The notes beneath the pieces are model-generated. The model saw nothing but the letters and a program-made list of their open reading frames with translations, searched no databases and was not told the DNA's origin. From contig NC_043001.1 in the NCBI RefSeq assembly GCF_006345805.1, forward strand, positions 37,696,001 through 37,760,000: DNA of 64,000 nt, read 5' to 3'. Below are positions 39,404 to 51,277 of the stretch, piece after piece (within the stretch, counting starts at the first letter, position 1; each line of letters opens with the position of its first letter). This stretch comes from Octopus sinensis (Eukaryota). The position numbers and the translations under genes were made by a program.

Positions 39404-39475
39404 ATATATATATATTTCGTTTTTGTATTTGATTTGCAAGATTCTTCATGTGAATTCATGTGTTGAAGCATTTTT

Positions 39476-39702
39476 TGTTGTATCTGGGGAGAATCATTCT
39501 GTTTTAATGTCTTATTAATTAACACTCACTGGTTCAATTTCCACTCATTTATTTATTCATTTAATTTTCTAAATTTTTAAAAATTTTCAATTTTCAATTT
39601 TTAAAAAAAATTCAATAAAGAAGTAAATGAGTGGGAATTGAACTGGTGAGTGTAATTAATTAATATGGCATTAAAAGAAAATGGCTCACCCCAGACACAA
39701 CA
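39476..39702. mobile_element. Foldback/MITE-like element with ~75-80-bp imperfect inverted arms
   Basis: 39476-39551 is roughly the reverse complement of 39624-39702; the centre is AT-rich. Confidence 0.65.
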
Positions 39703-39763
39703 ACATATATCAAAATCATCGACTGAGAAGTCACAGTTTAGATGATCCTCTACATGTTCACTA

Positions 39764-40038
39764 CATCATCATCATCATCATTTAACATTCATTTTCCATG
39801 CATGGGTAGGATGGTAGGACTGCACCAAGCCCTGCTATCTGTTTTGGCAAGATTTCTACAGCTGGATGCCCTTCATAATGCCAACCACTTTACAGAGTGT
39901 ACAAGGTACAGTTTATGTGGCACCAGCAACAGTAGGATCACCATGTGACTTGAAGGATACGGCCTCTCAAATTGTAGAGAGAAGTACTGAGGGATAGAGA
40001 AGGTGTCTTGCATTAGAAGAGACATGGCGACCTAGGTT

Positions 40039-40085
<47 letters not shown>

Positions 40086-42530
40086 AGATGATGAAGATGT
40101 GACAGAAAGGAAGAAGGGGATGTACACCCATGTTACAGGGTGGTGTATATAGTGAAGTGGACCGGGGAATGAAGAGGGTGGATAGGTGGGTGAGTTCAAA
40201 AGATTTCAAAAGGAGAGTGAGAGCTAGAAGCAAGGGTGAAGGGAAGGGATTTAACAGGGACATGAAGGTGCATGGCTTAGTGGTTAGAGCATTCAGCTCA
40301 CAATCATAAGGTCATGAGTTCAATTCCTGGCGATGCATTGTGTCCTTGAGCAAGACACTTTATTTCACATTGCTCCAATCCATTCAGCTGGCAAAAATGA
40401 GTAGTAACTGTATTTCAAGGGGCCAGCCTTGTCACACTCTGTGTCACGCTGAATCTCCCTGAGAACTACATTAAGGGTACAAATGTCTGTGGAGTACTCA
40501 GCCATTTACACCTTAATTTCAAGAGCATGCTGTTCTGTTGATCGTATTAGCTGGGACTCTTGTCATCGTAACCGATGGAGTGCACCTATTGTGTGCAGGT
40601 AGGTAAATGAACACGTGAGAGAGAATGGAGGAGAGGGTGAAACAACAGGAGTAAACAAGGGCAGGTTGAGGAGGAATGAGAGGGTCATGGACATGAAATT
40701 TACTTTGCTGGGTGGGTCTTCTCAAGTAAAACACATCCCCAGTTGTTCAAGTGTTTGACATCTCCATTGTGAGGTTCAACATCTGAAAATCATTTCTCAC
40801 TACTTCATCCCATATCTTCCTCTTCCGTAGGTTCCTTCGAGGCTTAGAGATTAGCACTTTGCTATGCAGCTGTCCTTATTGCATGACCACACCAATGCAT
40901 TCTTCTCTCTTGCACACTATAACTGATGTCTCATATACCCAATTTTTCTCTCAAAACATCTACATTTTCTTGTACATACACACTGACATTGCACATCCAG
41001 CATGTCTTGCAAACAACTTTTTTACATGCAAGTGCTACCAGTCAAGAACTCCACATAACAGAAGCCAGCAAGTGTATGGGGTCATCAGGAGAGAATATGT
41101 GCTGTTTCGGGGCCTACCTCTCGACGGCATCAATGTGCACCAGCCCCCACTCACTGAGGCCCTGCTTGCTAGATCAACTGGTTATCAAATAAAGCTCAAT
41201 ATTCTTCTAGCTATCGCTCGTTGTCCCTTTTTAACCAAATCTAGTGGCTAGCCTTCTCCACTGTAGTTTGGATATCGGTCATGGTGGTATTGACTTTACG
41301 ATGAGTTAGGCCTAACGACAACAACAGTCATCTCACACTGTGTCCAACAAACCCTCTACTTCCGACTTTGATTGGAAAATGCTCTGCTGGGTTCATTCTT
41401 TTCAAGCCTTTTCATGTCCTTTGCAGTCACAGTCCATGTTTCACTGCCATGTAGCTTAGCTGTCCATACACAGGCATCATATAGTCGACCTTTCACTCTG
41501 AGGGAGAGGCCCTTTGTTACTAACAAAGGTAACATCTCTCTGAACTTTTCCCAGCTAGTTCTTTTTCTAGTAACAACACTTTCAGAGCAACAGCCACAAC
41601 TGCTTATTTGGTAACCTAGGTAATGAAAACAATCTACAATCTCAAACAGCTTGAACATTTCAGGAAATCTATTTTCTGTATATTCTTAATGTTTATTGTA
41701 CCTGCACATCTACCACAACAAAGACTAATATCTCTGTTAACCTTCTTGTGATTCCAGTGCACCTCTTGTGCATCAAAAGTTTACACTAGGTACACTGAAT
41801 GGAATTTCTACCTACACACTTTCTACATATTGAACAGGGTCACTTCCCTAAAGAGATTAGTGATTTGTCTGCTTTAGTACTTGCTAAATTAACTCTAAGG
41901 CCCTTAGATTCCAGTCCTTGTTTCCATGCATGGAATTTCTTCTCTGACTCCAGTAGAGAGTTGGCTATAAGAATAAAGTCATCGGAATATAGGAGATTCC
42001 TTAGTTATGACTGGAAGACTATGATAAACAAGAGGGAACTGAGAACCATTCCTCCATGAACTCCTACCTGCACACTAAATTCGTTATTATATTCAATGCC
42101 AATTTTCACCTTACTGACAATATCCCTGTACACAGCTTGGATGGCTCTCTCCAACCACTCATGTATTGCTAGCTTCCACATCAACCAAAAGATGAGTAAG
42201 TCTTGTACAGCAGTGTATTTTTTTTACACAGTACTTCTCCTGCAGTTACCTTACTAGAAAGATAGTCTTAGTAGTGCTCTGCCTCAGCACAAAACCAAAC
42301 TGTATCTCATTGAAGTATTCTTTTTTCCAAAATGAGTCAAATTATGACCTTTCTGTAAGTTTCATGACCTGGTCCAGCAATTTCATATCTCTATAATTAC
42401 TTCTATTTAAGGCATAACCTTTCTCTATGTAGCAGTTGACTATAATGCTGCTACACAAGTCATTGAGTATAACCCCTTCATGGAAAATCCAATTCACTAT
42501 ATGGGTGACTAGGTCACATCACACTCTGCC
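39764..42530 (-). mobile_element. RTE-clade LINE copy 3, 5'-truncated, with nested insertions
   Basis: RT and downstream motifs (VKGRLYDACV, WTVT), long 3' UTR, (GAT)n tail at 39764; interrupted by a SINE (40263-40585) and an unknown insert (~41005-41378). Confidence 0.8.
40263..40585 (+). mobile_element. tRNA-derived SINE with Meta/MESC-like core
   Basis: GGCTTAGTGGTTAG A-box, GAGTTCAATTCC B-box, TGTGTCCTTGAGCAAGACACTTTA core; the superfamily assignment is from memory and untested. Confidence 0.65.
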
Positions 42531-42597
42531 ATGTATATAACTATTATGGATTTATTAAACTTCTATTCTTTTTCTTCTTCTTATTATTGTTATTATT

Positions 42598-42808
42598 AAG
42601 GCAGACAACTGGCAGAATCGTTAGCACACTGGACAAAATGCTTAGTAGTATTTCACTTGTAGCTACGTTTTCAGTTCAAATTCCACCAAATTCCTTGCTT
42701 TTCATCCTTTTGGTATCAATGAATTAAGTACCAGTGAATCATTGGAGGCGATATAATCAACTAGTCCCCTCCCTTCAAATTTCAGGCCTTGTGCCTGTAG
42801 TAGAAAGG

Positions 42809-42810
<2 letters not shown>
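42598..42810 (+). mobile_element. SINE family B, decayed (other copies ~16820-16960, 19600-19810, 27850-27990, 30910-31140, 43415-43610, 51277-51480, 63780-63910)
   Basis: GGCAGAATCGTTAGCAC...AAAATGCTTAG...CAGTTCAAATTCC...TTTCATCCTTT motifs. Confidence 0.75.
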
Positions 42811-42841
<31 letters not shown>

Positions 42842-43847
42842 GATTTGACTCAAGTTCATTCTTATTCCTGGTAGAATTTATTTGGGTAGTGGGTTACGAC
42901 CTGTAACCTTAGGTATCCACAATCTTTCAATAGTCTTTCAAGCGCTTAGGACCCTCCCAATAATCTTTCCTTTCCTTAAGAGGCAAACTTTCTGTAGAAG
43001 CCCTACAGGACTTTATATTCCAATTTCCTTCACCCATTCATCTATATCTTTGCTTAGTTCCCAATGCACCAATTATTATAGGCACAACCTTTACAATTTT
43101 CAGATTCCAAATTCTTGCAATTTCAAATTTTAAGGGATTGTATTTTTTTTTTTATTTTTTGTCTTCTCTCTTTATGATCCTAGAATCAAACGGACATGCT
43201 AGATCAATTAGTAGGCAACTTCACTTTTTCTTGTCTATTATTGTTATGTCTGGCCCATTATTTTCCTGTTTCTTGTCCATTTGAATAGTAAAGTCCCACA
43301 GAAATTTACAATTCTCCAACTGTAGAACTCCTTTGACCCCAATGTTCATATCATGTGTCTCCAGCTTCAAATCCTGCTGTTGTTGTTGTTGTTGTTGTTC
43401 TTATCAATATTAAGGCAGCAAACTGACAGAATTGTTAGCATGCCAGGCAAAATGTTTAGCAGCATTTCATATATTTTTACATTCTGAGTTCAAATTCTGC
43501 CAAGGTTGTTTTTGCCTTTCAACCTTTTGGGGTCAATGAATTAAGTACCTTTGAGCACTGGGGTTGATGAACTCAACTGAACTTGCTGGCCTTGTGCCAA
43601 AGTTTGAAATTATCGTTGTTATTTTTATTATTCATTTATTGAAAATGTATTTCCAATACAGTAATGAGACATGTATCTTTGAATTAAAAATATACCAAAT
43701 TTTCCAGGCTTTGCTTTAATATATACTTATCTGCAAATATTATGATTCACCAGGACTTTCAACTAATAATATGTATGACTTTCTCATTTAAAATAAAACA
43801 CCTACATACATACATTTGATTACTGGAATATGCAGATGTGCTTTTTC

Positions 43848-43920
43848 AAAGAAATGTTAACTTATCTGTATGGTAATTCGTGGAGAGAAAATTACCATAC
43901 AGATAAGTTAACATTTCTTT
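43848..43920. repeat. Perfect 31-bp inverted repeat with 11-nt loop
   Basis: AAAGAAATGTTAACTTATCTGTATGGTAATT / AATTACCATACAGATAAGTTAACATTTCTTT. Confidence 0.9.
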
Positions 43921-44316
43921 TTACTAACATTTCTTTTTCCTACTTTTATTCCACATTTCTGTTCATTATTTACTAAAGTAAAATTATTCCAACAACTTCT
44001 ACTTATATAATTTTAGTTTGTCATGTCTTTATATAGGATGTAAATAGCAAAATAAGTTCATATAATCTAGACCTGAAGATTGGCAATATAATTGTTTTAA
44101 TATGGTATTGTATTTCGAGACCTTCGATTTCAGCAATATCAAGGAATAAGTTGTCATGAAACACAAGTAGTCTATATAATGTAAAGTATATGATTTGGAA
44201 TAAGAATTGAAGGTATTAATTTTGATAATTTTAATATTTAGTCCTATATCTACCTATTGTGGATAATGTCATTCAATAATGATTGAGTTGCTTGAGGGTA
44301 ATTCTGTCTCTTAAAC

Positions 44317-44701
<385 letters not shown>

Positions 44702-45834
44702 CAAGTAGAAACAGCACATATAGGATTAAATACTTACAGAGCATAAAAATCTCTCAACAACCTATATGTGTTGTTCTATCAGTACTTATGAATTGAAAAA
44801 TATATCTTTCTACTTGTACTACAATACATTTCAGCTCTTCAAAAACAAACTTATGTTTGTTTACATATGATGTAATATATATACATACATACACACATAT
44901 GCATTCATACAAACACACATGCACATATACATGCATGTATATGTGTGCATGTGTGTGTGTGTGTATGCAGGCCCAACCACATGGTTTGTGTGGTCCTTTG
45001 GACAAATGTCTTCTGCTAAAGCCTTGCAAGTGGATTTGGTAGACAGAAACTGAAAGAAGCTCATCATATGTGCATGATAAGTACTAGAGCCAATTTATTC
45101 AACTAAAATTCTTCAAGACAGTGCCCTAGTATGGCCATACTCTAATGACTGAAATAGGTAAAAGATGAAAGATATATATATATCTTCCATATTTATAGAC
45201 AGTTACTTTATATCCAATTGACTACTAATGTCTTACTTCCTCCCTGAGGAAAAGAATACATATGACATATTTATGACCATACCTAGCCATGAGCTGTCAC
45301 CTCACTCTCGTCCTTTATTCAAAATAGACACGGCCTTCTTGTCTTAGATTTAGTAGTTGATAAAGAGATAAATGAAATAGAAATGAATTACAATCCTTTA
45401 CAACACTATGACTCCCCAAAAGGCTTCATGTGATTCTAGGAAGTGTAATCTATTCTAAGCTACAATAGCGACAACATGATTTCTTCCGTCTTCTTGCTCT
45501 GTTAAAATATTTGAGAAAAATCATATTAATATGTTCTATTTATTTAGTTGTGCAGCTGAAGATGGTGCTGCATTTTAATTGATGTAATGATTGCACTGTT
45601 TAAGTAAATGGAGCGACTTGAAACAGTTGTACTGCATCACTACTTGATATTCTGTTGCTTAATTTGATTGAGCATTAAACTAATACATCTGTTTATTGTT
45701 GACACCACCTGTCTTCGTCTTTTGTTTTTTTTTTGTGAATTCTCCCCCTATATATATATACATACATACATACGTACATACATACATATATACATACAAA
45801 CATACGTATGTATGTATGTTTGCATGTATGATCT

Positions 45835-46245
45835 TTCTTTGAGTTTTATTTAAGTTCTAGAGAGAGTTCAACCTGGTTACTTACAAAGTGACAAGACTTT
45901 TTGAGTTAAGAGAGTTCCCAGTGTTTGTAAATATGTGGTGGAGTTGGTCTGTAGGTGGAACTGCTGATGCATACACCCAAGTGTGTGCATCTATTCACAT
46001 AAGAATCTCACATGGAGAATTTCTGGAATAACTTACAAATCTTCACTGTGCCATTAATACATTGGATTTGGAGAATCTGTGTCAGTTTGTTCTGCTCTTT
46101 CTCTGCGAAACTAAGCATTTCTAGGTTTTTGTGCAGATTTACAGGTACATAACCTAATGCACCTATGATGATAGATACAAATGAGAATTCATAGTCAGGG
46201 TACAAGAGCTGTAAGTTCCGCATTAATTCATCATATATATTCCCT
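45835..46245 (-). pseudogene. R4/Dong-like RLE non-LTR retrotransposon 3' end
   Basis: YDELMRNLQLLYPDY...SIIIGALGYVPVNLHKNLE...LQIQCINGTVKICKLF, matching the PIVIGALG...GT..I pattern of R4/NeSL-type elements. Confidence 0.65.
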
Positions 46246-46560
46246 TTTTCTTTGTGTGTGTGTGTATGTGTGTGTGTGCATGTGATGTGATGTGTGTGTG
46301 TGTGTGTGTGTGTGTATTATGTACATTTAAAATAATTTTTTAAAATTTCAACTACCTTAAAATACCTGTAGATAGATAAGTCATCAATTAAAACACTTTT
46401 GAATTATATATGATACATGTACATTAAGTAGCTGCTTTGTACCTGATGACCCGAGTATTCAATGTTGGTATTAGTCCTGTATTGGGATGTGTATGAGTAG
46501 TTCTGCACTTTCCAGTTGCCATTACCTTACTATATTTATAGACATTTTTGTCTTATATTG

Positions 46561-46903
46561 TAACTAGCAATGCACCCCGGTGTTGCCTGGGTGTTATGAC
46601 CTACAGCCACAGAATTTAGTATAATATTATCTATACAATTTCAAAGTAAGGTGATTATATTCAAAATAAGCAACAAGGATATCCAGAGGTAATGCAGTAC
46701 AATCGGTTCATGCAATTCCATTTAATTGAACAATGGAATCATTACATCAATTTAAAATGCAGAGCAATCCCGAGGATTTAGTAGTCGATAAAGAGGATTG
46801 CTCTGCATTTTAAATTGATGTAATGATTGCATTGTTCAATTAAATGGAGTTGCATGAAACGATCGTACTGCATTACCTCTGGATATCCTTGTTGCTTATT
46901 TTG

Positions 46904-46920
<17 letters not shown>
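46561..46920 (+). mobile_element. Helentron/DINE-1-like non-autonomous element with a 110-bp internal palindrome
   Basis: 5' ACTAGCAATGCACCCCGGTGTTGCCTGGG; arms 46661-46770 and 46795-46904 (106/110 identical); ends in (TA)n. Confidence 0.55.
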
Positions 46921-46960
<40 letters not shown>

Positions 46961-48279
46961 AATTTTCGAGTTCAAGCAGAATGTACGCACCACACACACT
47001 GCACTACAGCATTGCCCGGGTCATTGATAACAATAACACCACAACCAACTGGTATTGCAGTACATGTCTCTGATAAGGAAAAATTCATTTGAAATTGTAC
47101 CAGTCAGTGAACATGGTGTGTATCCCGACCAATGAAGGGACATACACCATGGGCAGACTCATGTGTGTATGTGACCTTAATTTGCCCTCGCATACGTAGT
47201 GTTACTATTGTCTTCAGTGAGGTTATCAGGTCAGACATTTGTTTTCCATTGCAACACCTGCATTATAGTACATGCACAACCACTGTGAAAAACAGGGAGA
47301 TTGTAGCAAAATCTTTACGAACTCTGCAGCTTATGGAATCAATAATAGGCTTGAATATATATTAAAAACAATAAACAACTTTGCATAAATTGAGTTGAAT
47401 AAAGAGAAAAATGCTAAACACAAAAAAGCTTAAAACGTTTTAGTCATTGCTTCATGTCTTTACCATACTTGAATGAATATACTGTGCTAAATCCTTGGGG
47501 AAATTTTATTGAATTTAAACATGAGAATGCTTCTTAGGCATTCCTGAGTTGTTTGCTACCAAGAAAATCTACATGGACAAATTGCTTATGGTAGTAATGC
47601 CAGAAGTGATCCCAATTATGCCAGAACATGGTTCATTAGCCAATTTTCTGTTGAAAAATAGGGTTTTGTGCAAAGAAATGGTATCACAATACTTCAAAGA
47701 CAGTGTTTAATCATGGAATACTGAAGATGTTCATACTGGCAGTTTAGTTGTGGCACAAAGGCCATTATTGACAGAAAATGTGCCAATAATTGTTCCAAAA
47801 ATGCATGTTCTTTTGGTCATTTTCCATTGACAAATAAGGTTTTGTGCATCACAAATGCACTCATAACATTCCTTGTACAATGCTGCATATTTTGACACCA
47901 AAAACATTAAAACTGGCAATGTAGATTAGAAGCAAATCCAAATATTGCATGAAAATGACCTGAAAATTGTGCAACCAGACCTCGTTTTAGAAGTTATTTT
48001 TGTAGTAAAAAAGAGTTGTTGTGCAAAAAACATACTTCATTTGATAGCTGAAAGGTGACTGGATCTTTTGATACCTCATATGTCAAAATCGGTAATTCAG
48101 TTTTTTAATTCATAAGGAACATATGCACCACACACAGACACACACAAGCTCCATTTTAAATATATATACGTGATGAAGTGCAAACTCCTACTAAAATGAA
48201 GAAAATGGTATGTGCAGTCATTCAAAGAAGAAGGGTTAAAGATTTTGAATTGAAGGTTTTGATCTTTAATTAAATAAAA

Positions 48280-49750
48280 ATGATAAAGGAAAGAGCTACT
48301 GAAAATGTGCCATGTAACTCTGAGAAATCCAAATAAATTTAGGTTAATGAAACAAACTTTGATAAAATATTAGAAATGTTTTAATGGGGCTAAATCTACT
48401 CTTGATATTATATAATTCATGTCAAAAAGAAGTCACTGAAGAATGAACAAACAGCCAAAAGTGAACTACTTATTGCTTTCTATTTTGTTACACATAACAT
48501 TCCATTTGCAAGTATTGAATCAACTTACAGTACTGAAGAGAGTATTTCTGGACAGCAATATTCCTGAAAAATTATCAATGAAATGAACAAAACATTGATA
48601 TGTTATTCAAAATGGAAGTGCCATTCATGAAAAAATAGTGCTAATGGATATCCGCAAGATACAAAAGTTTGCTATCATAACTGATGAAAGTACAGATATT
48701 TCAGTTACCCAAATTTAAGCTACAGTTGTGAGAAACTTTGATATCATAGATGCATGGTTGTTGAAAATAGAATGGCTCTTGAATGTTTCGATGCTGTCAA
48801 ATCTATTTTGTAAGAAAGAAATATTTCTTCAGAAACTACTGGATTCACAAGCAATAAATGTTCCTCAATGATGGGCACCAAAAATGGGTTTCATAAATTA
48901 TTGAGAGATGATGTGCCATCTGTTTTTATTATGGAATGCAACTAGCATTCTTTTAGTTTGCACTAATCATGATGTCAGCATATTGCCCTCATATTTAGAA
49001 TCTCTCTTAAAAGATTTAACACTTTACTTATCTTGCAGTAACAAGAAACAATACTTCAAACTTATATAGGAAAAGATTGTGACAACTTGTCACAAAATGT
49101 CTAAGCTTGAACAAACAAGGTAGCTTTCTCAAGAAGCAATTGTTCCTGTGATAATACAACAATTCAATGCTTTACTTCTTTATTTCCAAAATGAATTGAA
49201 AGATGATGGTGCCAGGAGAGCTTGACACATTAAGCAAATGCAGAACTAAACACATGCTACTTTTCCTTCAGTATGCACAACAGAAAGCTAATTTATTGAA
49301 TGCTGAATTTCAATCTGAGCATTTCAGGTCACGTTGTCTGTGTTTCAGGTCACATTGTCTGTACTTAATACCATCAAAATACAAAACTCTCCCAAATTTC
49401 TGTATTAAAAAATGAATGAACATTATACTATCAGAAATTGATCCAAGCAATGAAAGTAATTATAAAAGCATAAATTATATTTACCTTGAGTAAAAAAAGG
49501 CAACAACACATTTAATTAATTAGCTGTTGGAGATAAATGAGCATTAGAACTAATTGTTTTAAATTCCTAATAAAATGTTGCATCCCAGTAAGAAAGAAGT
49601 TACATTTCATCCTATCCGTTGCATCAGAAACCAGTATGATTAACTTTGACCACTGGAGGAATTATTCTCCTTGACAATTTCACAATTTCAGGAGAAAATA
49701 TTCCTGAATACTGGTATAAGTTAAAAGACACAAAATTCAAATGAACTGTC
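48280..49750 (+). pseudogene. hAT transposase pseudogene (BED finger, ZNF862/DUF4371-like)
   Basis: Broken frames give Y.KMCHVTL (BED), HNIPF, FLDSNIPEKLSM, FAIITDESTDISV, SMMGTKNGF, ECN*HSF, KLEQTR*LSQE...QQFNALLLYF. Confidence 0.8.
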
Positions 49751-50442
49751 AAAAAAAAAAAAATGCCAAATCTTTAAAAAGCAAACTACAAAAAGCAAAT
49801 ACAGATTACTTGCAAACCAATCTTTTACTGGAAATAATATGGAATACACTGCATGAGAACCTAGAAGATGCTTTAAGCAAAAGATAGTTGGAATCAATTT
49901 TTTAAAAACAAAAAGAACAAAAAGAAAATAGTGAATGACTTACTCTTTCAAGTGAAATTGAAGAAAAGAAATAATCATTGTCATCTTCATAAAAAAGTGA
50001 GCAAAATACCATTATATTTCTATTTAAACTTGATGTTTTCATAATCTGAGATTTTTCTTTGAGTCTGATTTTTTTCTTTGGGGGGAGGGGGGGACCTGAT
50101 CTGAGAGTTTCCTTAAAATCTTACACCTTGTCTTAGTAAAGGAGCTCTTCATTTTTCAAGACAGCTTCTAGTTCCACAATAAATGCATGCAGTTTATTTT
50201 AATTGTTCTAATTCTATGGATGAATAATAATGAAGTATAGCAGATAGTATTGTAACACCTGCTGTATAATTTATAAAGGTGTAAAATCTGTCATGTTATT
50301 AGTGGTGTCAGACTTGAGCAACTATCACATCAAGCCATCAATCTCAAAATAATTACCATCACCACCAGCCAGAACTTTTCCCTTTATAGGGAGTTTCTAT
50401 AGTCACTTAGCCTGATAGAAATAGAAACCAAATTTTCCTTAA

Positions 50443-50663
50443 CCCTTTAGTGTTTTCATTATTCTGCCAAAATTAATGCTTTTTCATCTACATTGTTTTG
50501 AGCTAATCATGCATTATCTTGTAGCTATGAGATTTTGATGAGGTAGCTGTTAATTTTTAAAATGATATTGTAGGGCTGGTGTGAGAGACCAGATCTGGTC
50601 AGTTTGAACATAAAACAGGCAGAATACTTTTGGCCGGATATGGCCGGTTTAAATGCTAAAGGG
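50443..50663 (+). mobile_element. TTAA-type MITE family 1, intact
   Basis: TTAA-CCCTTTAG ... CTAAAGGG-TTAA (TTAA at 50439-50442 and 50664-50667). Confidence 0.85.
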
Positions 50664-50721
50664 TTAAACCACAGCCTTCTGTCCTGAAAGGAGAACAGCA
50701 CAAAGGAATCCACAGTTATTT

Positions 50722-50905
50722 ATTACCTCCACCTTAGCAGAGGTGGAGGTATTGTTTACAGTCATGTTTGCTTGTTTATCTGTGGACAAGATATCTCAAG
50801 AACCGCTGGATGGATTAAGATCAAACTTTCAGGGATGTTTGGCCTCATGACTGACATGAGCTGATTAGATTTTGAGATCGATCTGATCCCAGACAAGGAT
50901 TCTGG
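50722..50905 (+). mobile_element. Non-autonomous element starting with a hairpin (possibly Crypton-like)
   Basis: ATTACCTCCACCT-TAGCAG-AGGTGGAGGT hairpin, then GCAAGATATCTCAA-like and ACCGCTGGATGGATT motifs; the class is recalled, not verified. Confidence 0.4.
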
Positions 50906-50916
50906 TTCATAATTAC

Positions 50917-51277
50917 CTTTATCCTTTTACTTGTTTCAATCATTTGACTGTGGCCATGCTGGAACACCGCCTTGAAGTGTTTTAGCTGAGAAAATCGACC
51001 TCAGGACTTGTTTCTTAAGCCTAGTACTTCTTATTCTACAGATCTTTTTCGCAGAATCACTACATTATGGAGGATGTAAATACACCAACATCGGTTGTCA
51101 AACAGTGATGAAGGGACAAACACACACACACACACACATGACAGGCTTCTTTCAATTTCCATCTACCAAATCCACTCACAGAGACTCTAGTAGAAGACAC
51201 TTGCCCAAGGTGCCATGCAGTGAGACTGAACCCAGAATCATGTGGTTGGGAAGCAAGCTTCTTACCATACAGCTATG
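50917..51277 (-). mobile_element. SINE family A
   Basis: Family A motifs in reverse complement. Confidence 0.8.

Noticed and set aside
41070-41115. GAAAC and CTGATGA motifs on the minus strand
   Set aside because: They are in the wrong order for type I, and stems I and II cannot pair for type II or III.
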